Source of the DNA: Pelagomonas calceolata
Taxonomy: Eukaryota
DNA length: 64,000 bases
Direction: 5' to 3'
Assembly (NCBI GenBank): GCA_918797485.1
Contig: CAKKNE010000003.1
Span: 1,798,001 to 1,862,000, forward strand
Shown: positions 10,629-21,700 of the stretch, one piece after another
How positions within the stretch are numbered: position 1 is the first letter of the stretch
Layout: the number at the start of each line of letters is the position of its first letter
The notes under the pieces: model-generated
Told to the model about the DNA's origin: nothing
Databases searched by the model: none
What the model saw: the letters and a program-made list of their open reading frames with translations, nothing else
Made by a program: the position numbers and the translations under genes

Positions 10629-11267
10629 ATGTATGCGACAGCTTTGCTGGCATGCAGCTGTGTTGCGACAGCCATGGCGCCGCCGCGGCTCGCGCGCCGT
10701 CGATTCATCGGTGCTGCCACATCATTCGTGCCGGGTGTTGCCGTCGGAGCGAATTTGCCGTCCGATAATGGCGCAAAAGGCGACCAGCGCGGGACGGTTA
10801 CAGCGTTGGTACCGATTGTCCGCGTCGCCAGCGGCATCGCGCAAGCAAGTCGCGCCGTACAGGCGGGAAAGCTACAAGACGCACAAAAAGCACTGGACGC
10901 GATACCAGTTGCCGAGAAGCCGTTCAAGCGGCTCTTCGACGAGTACAGCGAGCCCGTTTCTTACAAGCAAAAATACAAAGATTCCAACGCGTTTGTCGTC
11001 TACTATACGCAAGGCTTCGACGGCGCGGGCCGCCCGGGCATCGAAGCGCCGGACGCGAAGGAGGAGCGGCAAACGCGACAGTACGGATATCGGAACGACG
11101 CCTGGGCGGCCGTCGACGACGCCCGCGCCGAGGTGAAATACTGCATCGAGGAAAAAGCGGAGACGACGGAGCTGGGCTCTATGTTGAAGCGCGCGTCCGC
11201 CGCGCTCGACGGCTACCTCGGCCTCGCTCCATCTAGTGATGTGGCGGCGGCGCGGGCGAAGTTGTAA
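10629..11267 (+). CDS. Hypothetical protein, probably plastid/thylakoid-lumen targeted
   Basis: Signal peptide followed by a twin-arginine-like RRRFIGAA segment; long ORF with gene-like codon use. Confidence 0.6.
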   Translation: MYATALLACSCVATAMAPPRLARRRFIGAATSFVPGVAVGANLPSDNGAKGDQRGTVTALVPIVRVASGIAQASRAVQAGKLQDAQKALDAIPVAEKPFKRLFDEYSEPVSYKQKYKDSNAFVVYYTQGFDGAGRPGIEAPDAKEERQTRQYGYRNDAWAAVDDARAEVKYCIEEKAETTELGSMLKRASAALDGYLGLAPSSDVAAARAKL

Positions 11268-11336
11268 TGTTGTGACTAACGGTACTAGTAAATAAAGTAG
11301 GACCGAAGACGAACACAACATTTTTACAACCCCATA

Positions 11337-12470
11337 CTACTCCGGGCTCTTGCCCGAGAAGGCGCCCGTGACGCCGCTCAGCTTCGACGCCTGCTTCCGT
11401 AGATTTCGCAGGGGCGTACCGGGACGCTCTCCTCCAGGCGATGGCGGTGGACTCTTCCCGGAAAACGCCCCCGTGACGCCCGTCACCCGCGACGCCTGCT
11501 TCCTAAGCGAACGCAGCGGCGTGCCTCCGGGCGGCGGCTCCTCTTCTCCTAAGTCAATCGACAGCTCCATGTACTCCACGTCGGGCCGGATCTCGGCCCT
11601 ATTGAGAGGCAGCGCAACCGATTCACCCGCGTCGAGCGACCCGAAGTGCTTCTCGTCCCACGCGTCGTGCCCAATGGCCACGGCGCGGTTCCAGATCTGC
11701 TCGTCGAAGGACTTCTTGGGCTCGCGCTTTTTACGAGGAGTCCGCGCGGGGCTCCGCGCGGCGGCGGGGCTCCGCAGGTCCGCGACGCGCGCCTTCGGCG
11801 AGAGGGACCGGCCCTTCTCCGTGCCGTCGCCGCGGACGAAGACGAGCTTCTTCGCGTCGCTTTTTGTATGTTGGGCGTAGGCGGCGAAGACGTCGCTCAT
11901 GACCGTCCCGCGCGCCAATCGGATGATCGACCGTTTTCCGGTGCGCTTGTTGAGCGCGACAACGTCCACAAATTCGTCGAGCTCCTCGAGCGACACGCGG
12001 GGCGCGTCGCCGGCGTCGCTCGCGTCGCCGTCCTCCCAGAGCTTCTTTGGCTCGACGTTCGGCTTAGGGCTGCCGAAGAAGCGCTTGGGCGTCCGGCTGG
12101 GGCTGTGCAGCGTCCTCCGGAAGCTCCACGGCCGCGGGCTCTTCGGCTCGGGCGCCGCGGCCGGCTCCAGCTTGTCGGAAACCTCCGCCAGCGCGGCGGC
12201 GAGCTCCTGCGGCGTTTTCCTAGGTGGCGGCGGCGTGCCGGGGTCCTCGAAGGCATCGGCGAGTTTCTCGAACGCGTCGGCAGAATCGTCGGCGCTGCTC
12301 TCGGCAGGCTCTTCCGCCTCGGCGGGCTCCGCGAACGCGTCGGCGGGCGCATCCCACGCGTCAAATGGCGGCGCCGGCGGCGAGACGGGCTCCGCGACCT
12401 CGGCGGGCTTCTCGACCGCGGCGGCGGGCGCCTCGAACGCATAGCCCGGCCGGGGCCGCAGGCGTGGCAT
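11337..12470 (-). CDS. Pro-rich hypothetical protein with SUMO/ubiquitin-like segment and duplicated C-terminal motif
   Basis: IIRLARGTVMSDVFAAYAQ...KLVF segment; two copies of GTPLRxLRKQASxxxGVTGAFSGKSP. Confidence 0.55.
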   Translation of the reverse strand: MPRLRPRPGYAFEAPAAAVEKPAEVAEPVSPPAPPFDAWDAPADAFAEPAEAEEPAESSADDSADAFEKLADAFEDPGTPPPPRKTPQELAAALAEVSDKLEPAAAPEPKSPRPWSFRRTLHSPSRTPKRFFGSPKPNVEPKKLWEDGDASDAGDAPRVSLEELDEFVDVVALNKRTGKRSIIRLARGTVMSDVFAAYAQHTKSDAKKLVFVRGDGTEKGRSLSPKARVADLRSPAAARSPARTPRKKREPKKSFDEQIWNRAVAIGHDAWDEKHFGSLDAGESVALPLNRAEIRPDVEYMELSIDLGEEEPPPGGTPLRSLRKQASRVTGVTGAFSGKSPPPSPGGERPGTPLRNLRKQASKLSGVTGAFSGKSPE

Positions 12471-13045
12471 GGCTATGAAGCTAGATGGGCGCTCGCATCT
12501 TCCGGCGTGGGGGCTGCCCCTGCAGCTTGCCCGGTTGTCCGGGCGGGCGTTTGCCTCCACGCAGCCTCTCCGCGCAGGCAACTGGTCCGCGCTGGCAGCG
12601 GGAACAGTGAATTTCGCACAGCGCTAAGTCTGGCGCTGTCCGCGGAGGCTCGCACGTGGCAAGCGAAAGGAGCGATCGAGGCCCTCTTTGGACGGATCAC
12701 GGGCGCTCTAGAGCTCTGCGTCGGTTTGGTTTAAAACTGCTAGTGTGTCTATACCCAGAGCGGAGCAAGCAAGCAGCCGATTTACGAGCTTGTAGCTGCC
12801 GATTTGTGCGGCATAAAAGGCCTCCGGGCGGGCGAGGGGCTGGTTTTTTATTCGTTTTAGTACTCCTGTCAAACGTGCGGCCCAGGGACATCGCTTTCTT
12901 GTGTGCCAGAGGAGCGGCCCACCTTCCTGCATAACTCTGCTCAGAGGCAGCAGAGGAGGCAGCAGTGGGGAGCGCACGAGCGCGGACAGAGCAGCGAATC
13001 GGTTGCTGGGCGGCCTCGCTCGAAGCACAGCACAGCAAAACAACA

Positions 13046-15445
13046 ATGATACGCATCGAGCTCGTCGAGGACGGCCTGCCGGCGGCCGTCCTCTACGCTA
13101 ACATAGACGCGATCGAAGAAGCGATGCTCCGCGAACGCGAGGCCTTCGAGTGGGCGCTCGCGCGGGAAGCGATGTCGCCGTTCTCGGGGTTCCAGAGCCG
13201 GCTCATGGAGAGGCTGCGGCGCGTCGTCGAACGGAGACCGAAGCTCTGCGCCGCGCTGGCCGTCGCCGGCGCCGCGGGCCTGGGCTATTGGCTCTGGTCG
13301 TCGGGAGCGCCCGCCGCCGAGGACGAGGTGCCGGAGAATGCGCGCTGCCCCATCTGCATGGACCGCGCAGTTTCGGCGCACAAGGGCGCGGCGTTCGAGC
13401 CGACCTTCGCGGCGGAGCTGTGCTGCGTCTGTGGCGCGACGACGTGCGCAACCTGCGCCGAGGGCGTCATGCGACACGCGGAGGGCGAGGGCCGCCTCCC
13501 GACCTGTGCGATGTGCCGGACGCGGTTGATGGTCACGGGCGCGGCGCGGCATCTGCGACTGAGGCACCTCGTCGAGAAGCGGCCGACGGGGCCGCACGTC
13601 GCGCAAGCCCTGTACGAACTGGGCTCGATGCGCGCGCGAGGCGACGGCTGCGTCGGCGACGCGACGAAGGCTTTTAAACATTTGGCAGATGCTGCGAAAC
13701 GCGGCCACGCGCGCGCCGCGCTCGCGCTCGCCGCCTGCTTCGCTGAGGGGAAGGGCTGTGCCCGCAATCCGGCCACGTCTCGGCACTGGCTCCTGACGGC
13801 GGCGCGGCGCGGATCTGCCGATGCTTCCAAGATCGCCGCCCACGTTTTGAAGAATGGAGGAACGACGGCCAAGTGCTACGAGCCGTGGAAGAAGCAAGAC
13901 GCGTCGGTCGTCGAGGCAGTCCAAAAGGGACCGAGCGCCGGGCTCGAGGACGTGGCCCACGACGCCTTGAGCCTCGCGGCGCGTATTAGAGATGGCCTGG
14001 GCCTCGTGGCGAACGACGCCAGGAACGGGTCGCGGCTAGCGACCGAAATCGTCAACGATCTCTCGTCCGTGGGCGGGGATTTGAGGGCGGCGCGAGATGC
14101 GTTCCGCGACTATTTGAACGAGGCTGAGGCGGTCCACGGCGATCAGGCGTGGGAAGGGACCACCGCCGAGCGACGGGAGGCCATTCTGCAAGTGTTCCAG
14201 CAGGTCGACTCGATCATCCAGCAGATCCAGCCGCAGGAAGCGCCCGAGGCCACGATGAGGCAGGTCGTGGCAGGCGATGCCGTGGCGTCGGCCGGCGGCT
14301 TCCGCGACGGGTATTGGACGGTGCGCTGGGCGTCCGGCGCCACGGAAGCCATCACGCTTCGCGACGGGTGCTTCAGTGTTTATGGACAGGACTACGAGAT
14401 TGAGGTCGTGGGGGGACGGTATTTCTTCGAGTGGGGCGACGGCACGGTTCAGACGCTGGTGGCCTTCAACAACGGCCGCACGATCACCTGGTCGACGACG
14501 CACCCGGACTACCCTTGCATCTGGTGGGAGCGCCGCGAGCCGACGTTGTTGGAGGCGCAGGCGGCGCGTCGGGGCCGGACCCTGCGCGTCGGGGTCGGCG
14601 GAGGCCTTGAGGAGGTTCCGCTCGAGGAGGAATCGCTACGCATGCGCGGCGAGCACGTCGCGCGTGGACTGGCGCGACGGAGCGCGCGCGGCCTCGCGCT
14701 GGCGACGCAGTCCCATTTGGACCGCGACGCACTCAGCTCCGCCGAAAATGCGATTCGCGCCCCCACGGAGCTGCGATTCGGATCGCCACCGCCGCCGCCG
14801 CCGCGCGCTGGCGACGACGCGACCGCGCAGATGGCCCGCCGCTTCGATCGGGCGCGCGCCCTTTCGGAAGCCGAGCGCGAGGAGGTCTTGGCTGAGGCTG
14901 ATGAGATCGTCCAGCAACGGGCCAGAAGGCGAAGAGAGATGGATCAGCTCGTCAACGCCGTGGAGACGGCCTCGGGGCCGGTCTACACGGAGGCACGCTA
15001 TGCCGCCGTGCAGCTCGAAGGAACGACGCGCGACGAGCGTGTCCAGAGCCTCTGGCGCGTTCTCAGGGCGAACTCCCGCCGCCGCGATCCCCCTCGGCCG
15101 CGCGCGGGCGACGACGGCGACGCCGCCGCGGAGGTGTTGGCGATGGCACGCGACGCCGTCCTTTCGGATGCCGAGCGTGAGGAGCAAATCCGCGAGCTCC
15201 GGACGGAAGCCCGGCGGGCCACGGCGCAAAGCGAGATCGAGGAGAACGCCCGCCGCTGGCTCGAAACGGCCGGGGACGGGGCCGCAGACCAGGCCGCTCG
15301 GGCGTCCGCCTTTGCGGCGGGCGGCTTTCTGGACCCGAGCGACTTCGCGGCGGCGTCGTCGCCGGACTCGGACGTGAGCGACTCGAGCGGCGGCGAGCCG
15401 CTCTTCGGAGCCGTGACAGCACAACGCGTCGAAGCCGACCTCTAA
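13046..15445 (+). CDS. RING-like zinc finger + Sel1-like repeat protein with TM segment
   Basis: CPICM...CCVCGATTCATC...CAMCR; ALYELGSMRARGDG and ALALAACFAEGKG Sel1 repeats. Confidence 0.7.
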   Translation: MIRIELVEDGLPAAVLYANIDAIEEAMLREREAFEWALAREAMSPFSGFQSRLMERLRRVVERRPKLCAALAVAGAAGLGYWLWSSGAPAAEDEVPENARCPICMDRAVSAHKGAAFEPTFAAELCCVCGATTCATCAEGVMRHAEGEGRLPTCAMCRTRLMVTGAARHLRLRHLVEKRPTGPHVAQALYELGSMRARGDGCVGDATKAFKHLADAAKRGHARAALALAACFAEGKGCARNPATSRHWLLTAARRGSADASKIAAHVLKNGGTTAKCYEPWKKQDASVVEAVQKGPSAGLEDVAHDALSLAARIRDGLGLVANDARNGSRLATEIVNDLSSVGGDLRAARDAFRDYLNEAEAVHGDQAWEGTTAERREAILQVFQQVDSIIQQIQPQEAPEATMRQVVAGDAVASAGGFRDGYWTVRWASGATEAITLRDGCFSVYGQDYEIEVVGGRYFFEWGDGTVQTLVAFNNGRTITWSTTHPDYPCIWWERREPTLLEAQAARRGRTLRVGVGGGLEEVPLEEESLRMRGEHVARGLARRSARGLALATQSHLDRDALSSAENAIRAPTELRFGSPPPPPPRAGDDATAQMARRFDRARALSEAEREEVLAEADEIVQQRARRRREMDQLVNAVETASGPVYTEARYAAVQLEGTTRDERVQSLWRVLRANSRRRDPPRPRAGDDGDAAAEVLAMARDAVLSDAEREEQIRELRTEARRATAQSEIEENARRWLETAGDGAADQAARASAFAAGGFLDPSDFAAASSPDSDVSDSSGGEPLFGAVTAQRVEADL

Positions 15446-15473
15446 TGTTGTTGAAATACTAGTGTTACCAGCG

Positions 15474-15761
15474 TCATCGCCGCGGCTCGTCGATGGCCCG
15501 ACGCGTCTCCGCGAGGCGCCCGAGGGATTTTTCCGTCTCGGCGGCCGCGCGCTCCAAGGCGTCGCCGTGTTCGGAGAGGGCCGTGATCTTGGCCTCCTGG
15601 GCGCCCTTCCGCGCGAGCGCGCCGCCCAACGCGCGGAGCACGAGATCCTTCTCGTCCTCGAGGCGCGCGATGCTCTCGTCGTTCTCGCCCTTGTCAGCGG
15701 AGAGCTTGTCGAGATGTTTACGAGTTGTTCTGAGGGGGTCCTCCCAGGCCTCGGCCGACAT
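15474..15761 (-). CDS. Small coiled-coil protein, SSNA1/NA14/DIP13-like
   Basis: 95-aa heptad protein with EDEK-x35-AETE, matching my recollection of SSNA1 spacing. Confidence 0.5.
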   Translation of the reverse strand: MSAEAWEDPLRTTRKHLDKLSADKGENDESIARLEDEKDLVLRALGGALARKGAQEAKITALSEHGDALERAAAETEKSLGRLAETRRAIDEPRR

Positions 15762-15946
15762 TCTCTCGCAGGCGCGCGGCAAGAGGCGGGCAGTGAAATG
15801 CAGTGGGCAGCTGCACAGCCTTGGGAACGCCTTTAAGCGTCGAGAAGCAGCTTCCTCGATTGTCTGCGGTCACAAAACAGATCGTTTGCAGGGCGGGGGG
15901 CAGCGTTTTCACCCCGCGCTGCCTGCTTAATTTTGCTTTGAGTCTC

Positions 15947-15970
15947 GCTAGTGTCTTACATGCCGCTAGC
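15947..15970 (+). promoter_or_regulatory. Copy of the intergenic dyad element (GCTAGTGTCTTACAtgcCGCTAGC)
   Basis: Full consensus, between divergent starts 15761 and 16033. Confidence 0.65.
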
Positions 15971-16032
15971 TGCCGCACTGGTTCCAAACGCTAAGACGAG
16001 TCGCATCGATGCACTCGAGGCACTCGGGCTGG

Positions 16033-16977
16033 ATGATACTGCGGCATACATGCTTCCTTGCAACGCTGTGCAGCATCGTCGCGTGGGCGCCGCCACAGAC
16101 CGCGCACCAGCCTCGACCCTGCAGACTCCGTGCTGCACAGCTCGACGCCGACGCGTATCCGCCCGCGCCATGGTCGTTTAGTAACGCAAGAGTGATGTAT
16201 CAACCCACTCTGGTGAGAACATCAGCGGCACGAGCGGTCACGCCGCGCGAAGGCCTGATGTTGCTGTCGTTTTTTGGTTACACGCTAGGAGGCGTCTTCG
16301 TAGTCGATTGGACGGAGTCGCCCGTCGGACCGTACCGCGAGGTCGCCGTGCTGAGCGGGCTGGTCGCGCGGGGCTTGAGCATCGGCGCGTGGGCCTCGCA
16401 CATCGTCGTGACGGCGCCGGCCAGCGTTGGTGGCGGGCGAGCGGTCTTCGGCCTCCCGACCGTGCTGGGAAGCGTCGACTTCAAGGCCGCGGAGGAATCG
16501 GACGGCGAAGCCTGGCGCCGAGAGTTATCAGGGGTGCGAGACCTACTGGAAGACATAGCCGTGGCGTTCAAAGTAGGCATTGGCGCCGCGCAGCCGGGAA
16601 TCGCGGAGCCCGCGGAGCGGCTGCGACGGCGCGTCGAACGCGCGCCAACGACGCGAGGCTTCGATTTTGCCTCGGACACAGATGTTGCGATCAACGGCTG
16701 GGGCGGCTGGCGCGAAGGCGGCGCGCCGGACGACGGACCGAGCATAAGCCTCCCGAGCTTCTCAGGCCGGCTCGAAGAATTTCCTGAGTTGCTGCGGTAT
16801 CCGCTAAAGCTCGGTCCCGCTGGCCGAGTCGCGCTCCGACCATCGATGCCCACACGCGTCGCGGGAGCAGTCGATGACGACCTCGCGGCCGTCTTGGACG
16901 GGCCGCGAGCGTGTCCGTGCATCCAGGTCGACGGCGTTTTTGTGGAAGCGGGGCGGCCCGAGGTTGTGTGTGATTAA
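16033..16977 (+). CDS. NEOXANTHIN-DEFICIENT 1-like protein (acetoacetate decarboxylase-like fold), plastid-targeted
   Basis: YPPAPW..YQPTLV..FGYTLGGVF...SPVGPYREV...AWASHIVV...FGLP; bipartite-like presequence. Confidence 0.7.
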   Translation: MILRHTCFLATLCSIVAWAPPQTAHQPRPCRLRAAQLDADAYPPAPWSFSNARVMYQPTLVRTSAARAVTPREGLMLLSFFGYTLGGVFVVDWTESPVGPYREVAVLSGLVARGLSIGAWASHIVVTAPASVGGGRAVFGLPTVLGSVDFKAAEESDGEAWRRELSGVRDLLEDIAVAFKVGIGAAQPGIAEPAERLRRRVERAPTTRGFDFASDTDVAINGWGGWREGGAPDDGPSISLPSFSGRLEEFPELLRYPLKLGPAGRVALRPSMPTRVAGAVDDDLAAVLDGPRACPCIQVDGVFVEAGRPEVVCD

Positions 16978-17051
16978 TTCTGTGACGGTGCTACGACTAG
17001 TCGGCGGAGCCCTGGGGAGAGACGGACACCGATCTGAATAAAAAGCTAGTG

Positions 17052-18404
17052 TTAGTACCGCTGCCCCCCACCACCCGCTCCGGGCCCGTACGACGTCGCC
17101 GCGTGCTGCCCGAAGCCCGAAGCTTGCTCGCGCCCGGGCATGGGCGGCGGCGGCGGCCGCCCCGGCGCGCCGAAGCGCGTCCGGTCCGTCGTCGCAAACC
17201 GAGCTTCAGACACCTCCTCCTCCATCTCGATCGGTAGGGGCGGCTCGTACCCGATCGCGTCGGCGCGCGCTCGGACCAAAGCCATCTGCGCATCATCGAG
17301 ATCGGCCTCCGGGTCGTCGCCCGGCCGCGTGCGGCACCAGAACTTGACGCGGTGGTCGTTTGACGCTGTTGCGAGGACGTGGCCTACCGGGTGGAACGCG
17401 AGGTCCCAGACGGCCTGCTCGTGCGCTTGATGCGAGTGGATCGGCCGGTCCAGACCCACCAACCAGTGAGAAACGCGCCCGTCATAGGCACCCGAAGCAA
17501 ACACTCTAGAGTTAAAAGGGTGCCAGGCGCAACTGGTAACTTCGCGGTCGTGTCCTTTAAACGTTTCTGCACCCTTGAGTACGCGTATATCATATAACTT
17601 CAGCGTATGATCTCTCGAGGCAGTTAACAACCAGTTCGGGTCGATGGGGTTCCAGAGCACCTTCATGACCGTGTGCTTGTGACCATACAATGTAGCGCTA
17701 CAACTGCGCTTCCTAGGATCCCACATCTTGACCTGGTTATCTTTTGATCCTGAAGCAATTAACTGATACGTAGGATGCCAGTCGCAGGTCTTCACGTCCC
17801 AGCCGTGTCCTGCCAAGATGCGCTCTTCTTTGAACAATTCCCAATCCCATACCCGAACGGTCCCGTCGTCGGCACAGGAACAGAACTTCGCGTCCGACGG
17901 GGCGAATTTGAGACCACGAACGGCATTGCCGCCGTGCGTGCCCAGTAACTCCTTCACGGGCGTCATCGAACTCTCCCAGTACTTAATTGTTCCTTTCGCA
18001 TCTCCTGACAGGATGGTGGTACCCGAGCGAGACCAGGCTAGAGATCTAACAGCAGAGTTATGGGCCGCGATCAACCCTTCGAAATTAAACGCGGCGCCGT
18101 TCCACAACGTGAATTCGCCGTTCTGATTCGCCGTGACGGCGCGTCGCCCGTCGCGCGCCCAGCATAACGCGTTGACGGGGAATCGCACCTTATTCAGGGA
18201 CTGGTGGGCAATAGTAGCGCAGATCAACTGTCGCGGTAAATCCGCCGTGCCTTTTGGGGTCGACATGGCACCCAATGCCTCCCTGACCGGCAATACGACC
18301 TCTCCGGGCTCTCTCGGTCTTTTACCAAGTACGGATCTACTGGCGAGCTCCCTGATAATTAGTTCCGAGGGGTCGAAGGCTTTTCTTGACTGGGTGTTGT
18401 CCAT
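17052..18404 (-). CDS. WDR33: pre-mRNA 3'-end processing WD40 protein WDR33/Pfs2/FY
   Basis: GEFTLWNGAAFNFE, AHNSAVR, LAGHGWDVKTCDWHP, FWCRTRPGD. Confidence 0.92.
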   Translation of the reverse strand: MDNTQSRKAFDPSELIIRELASRSVLGKRPREPGEVVLPVREALGAMSTPKGTADLPRQLICATIAHQSLNKVRFPVNALCWARDGRRAVTANQNGEFTLWNGAAFNFEGLIAAHNSAVRSLAWSRSGTTILSGDAKGTIKYWESSMTPVKELLGTHGGNAVRGLKFAPSDAKFCSCADDGTVRVWDWELFKEERILAGHGWDVKTCDWHPTYQLIASGSKDNQVKMWDPRKRSCSATLYGHKHTVMKVLWNPIDPNWLLTASRDHTLKLYDIRVLKGAETFKGHDREVTSCAWHPFNSRVFASGAYDGRVSHWLVGLDRPIHSHQAHEQAVWDLAFHPVGHVLATASNDHRVKFWCRTRPGDDPEADLDDAQMALVRARADAIGYEPPLPIEMEEEVSEARFATTDRTRFGAPGRPPPPPMPGREQASGFGQHAATSYGPGAGGGGQRY

Positions 18405-18590
18405 TTTTTTGATGCGATTGCGTGCTTGCTAATGCGAGGCTGTATGCGTCCGCTGTGCGGCGCTTGCAAGCCGTGTCTCCAGCAGCGCTGCGGCGGCCAG
18501 CGAAGGAGTGAAAAAGCCTTCACAAAGCTGCTGTAAGGCCGAAGGCGGCGTGCACGGCGACCGCGATTACGCGAGTGCTGCTTTTGCTTT

Positions 18591-18614
18591 GCTAGTGTCT
18601 TACAGTACGCTAGC
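18591..18614 (+). promoter_or_regulatory. Copy of the intergenic dyad element (GCTAGTGTCTTACAgtaCGCTAGC)
   Basis: Full consensus, between divergent WDR33 and SAC3 starts. Confidence 0.65.
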
Positions 18615-18747
18615 CAGCTTTGCGACGCGTAAACGCTGCATACGCGCGGCCAGGCACATGTGTGACGCCCGGAGCAGCTACAAGTTATTGCTGTAGGCCA
18701 CCCCAACGAAATCGGGGCGCCACCGCCTGAATCACAGCTCCTGAGCA

Positions 18748-21700
18748 ATGTTTGGAGGAGGCGGCGGCAACAACCCTTTCGCGGGCGGTGGGAACCCACC
18801 CCAGTCGCCGTTCGGCCAAAATAATCCGCCGCAGAGTCCCTTTGGCCAGGGCGCGCCAGCCTTCGGGACCTCGACGCCGTTCGGCTCCGCGCCCGCGCCC
18901 GCGCCAGCCTTCGGGGCGAGCAGCTTCGGCCCCGCGTCGTCCACGCCTTTTGGCGGTGGCGCCGCCTCGTCGCCATCTGGTTTTGCGGCCGCGTCGACCG
19001 CGTTCGGCGGCGGCTCGGCCTTCGGCGGCTCGCCAGCACCCGCACCGGCATTCGGCAGCAGCAGCGCGTTCGGCGCGACGACGCCGTTCGGCGGCGGCGG
19101 CTCGAGCCCGTCATCGAGCGGCTTCGCCAAGGCGTCGTCGACGTTCGGAGCCTTCGGCGGCTCGCCCGCGCCCGCGCCGGCCTTCGGCTCGGCGAGCGCC
19201 TTTGGAGGAGGCGGGACCTTCGGCGGCGCTGCGCCGGCGCCGAGCCCCTTTGGGGGTGCCGCGGCGGCGAAACCGAGCATCTTCGGCGGCGGCGGCTCGC
19301 CACAAACCAAAAAGGGCAAGAAAAAACAGCTCAGCGCGGCGGCGAACCCCTTCGCGCCGGCCGGTGGTGGGAGTGCGCCCTTCGGAGGTGCGGCGGCCGC
19401 GCCGGCGCCGAGTCCGTTCGGAGGTGGTGGTGGATCGACCTTCGGGGGCGCTGCGGCCCCGGCGCCAGCCTTCACCTTCGGCAACGCGCCGGCCGCGGCC
19501 GCCACAAATCCCTTCGCGCCCGCGGCGCCGGCGCCCGCGCGCGGCCGAACGGCGGAACGCGGCAAGGGACGAGGGCGCGGGCGCGGCGCGAGCGCGTCCC
19601 CGGACGACGGCGGCCGCGGCCGGGGCCGCGGCAGGGGCAAAGGAGGGACAACGAGCGCGTCGCCCGACGACGGCCGCGGCCGCGGCCGCGGCCGGGGCAA
19701 GGGCGGCGCGAAGGGTACACAACGGGTCTACTGCGTCAAGGTCCAGCCCATCACCCAAGATGTCGACGACGCGAAGCTCGAACAGCTGTTCAAGGGCACG
19801 GGATGCGCACCGCAGTCTGTGAGGGCCCTCGGCACCTACGGCTACGGCAACTACGCGATGCGTAGGGATGCGGATGCGGCGTGCCAGGCGTTGAGCGGCC
19901 AGGATTTAGGTGCCGGCGCCGTGTACTGTACGGTCAAGGAGAAACAGGCGCCCAAAACACAAGAGGCCCCGGCGCCCGCGCCCGCCCGCACCGGCACAGG
20001 ACAAGGTGCGGACGCGCCCGCACCGGCCCAACACGCGGACAAGGTCTGGACAAGAGCGCCTGCGGCGCCGCAGCCGCGCCTGGACACTGGAGCGGCGTCT
20101 CGTTTTGTGAAAGGCCAGATCGGCGGGCAGGCGCGGCGCGACGACAAAGCCCGGGCGGCCACGACGTTAAGGGTTACGAAGGGCTGCCCCAAGGACGAAA
20201 TTGGCCTCAAAAGTGTCTGCGAGTCCTTCGGGGGTGTGTCAAGCGTTTCCATCGAAGGTGACGTTGGTGTGGTCGTGTTCAAAGATGCTGATGGTTGTAA
20301 ACTCGCCCAGGAGCAGTTGCACGGCATCGACGCCTTCATGGCCGGTACGGTTGAGTGTTCTGTAGGAGCACCAGTACCACAAAAGAAGAAGAAGGCTCCG
20401 CCGAAGACGCCCAATCCCTCGCTAGCAGCTAGAAATGCGGAAAGGTTCGCGGCGCCTCCTAGGCGTACCTCAAGATCACCACCACCCGCGCCCGTACCCG
20501 CTCCGGACGGCACGGACCTCGTGGGCACGTGCCTGCAGTTCTGCCCGACGGCCGAGATCGAGGAGCGCGTCGGGTTTAAGGAGTTAGACGCCTTCGAGAA
20601 ACCCGAAGGTTTTGAACAAATGGACAACGAGACGCTGATTGAGGCCTGTAAGGCCACGGCCCTCAAGAAGTACAAGCGGAGCGATGCCGGCTCCATCCAA
20701 GCGAAACCGGAAATAGTACGACCAGTACATGTGCTGTTAAAAGCCTTCGAGCATCTCAGAGACAATGTGATCGAACGAGCGACTGGTACGCTCGAGGACG
20801 CCATGGCCCGCTACTTATTTCTCTGGGACCGGTTCCGGGCGATCCGGAAAGATTTCATCCTGCAGAACTACACCACTGGTGGTCTTGTAGGGCTAGAAGC
20901 CATCAGGGTCTTCGAGGGCGTCGCGAGGTACTTGGTCGGCATCGAAAAGGAACTACAACATCATGCAGAATGGCGGGAAGGAATAGCCCATGGCAAGCAA
21001 AACGCTGAAAGTCTCTCGGAAACGCTGTCGGCACTCGTGGCCTTCTACGACGCCGCGCGCTGCAAGCCGAACTCAACAGAACTCCTGGAGAACGAGGCCG
21101 AGTTCACGCAGTACTGGCTCGTGTATTTTCTCGATCAAGAGGAAGGTAGTGAGGCAGCGCACATGCTGAATCGCATCGCGCTGGAAAGGCCCGAGCTGTA
21201 CATGACGGAGGAGATCCAGCGGGCGGCTGGTATAAGAAAAGCTAGATTGGATAAGAACTGGGCGCGGTTCTTTGCGGTGGTGCGGGAGGCGCCTTACCTC
21301 ATTAGGTGTTTGATCGTGGCCCAATACGCTGATTCTATGAGAGACGACGCGTTACAAGTTCTGTCAAGGTCTATTCAAAGGTCGGAGCCCTATGCAGCGA
21401 GGGATCTGGCTTTGAGTTTAGGACTGTCAGTCGTGGACTGTCGGCGCCGGGTCGTCGACTGGGGCGGCGGCATCGATGATAAGGGCAACGTGTTATTTCA
21501 AAAGCCGGCGTCTTTTGACGAAGAGGCTTTTGATGCTACGGCCTTCGCTGATGAAAGTGTAGAGCCGCTCTTCGGCGAAGAGTCTGTAACGACGGCCGTG
21601 CGGGGCGACCCCGAGGCTTTAATGAGGGCTCAACAAGCCGCGCGGGAGCGAAAGCGCGTCGCCGAAGAACGAGCGGCGGCCGAGCGATTACAACGGGAGG

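Noticed and set aside
12739..12760. GCTAGTGTGTCTATAC as a dyad-element copy (also partial CTAGTGTTA near 15459 and 17046, and GCTAGTGCA at 58502)
   Set aside because: Only the left arm matches; not counted.
18748..19700. GC-rich repetitive DNA as a satellite
   Set aside because: Explained by the FG and GRG peptide repeats of SAC3/GANP.
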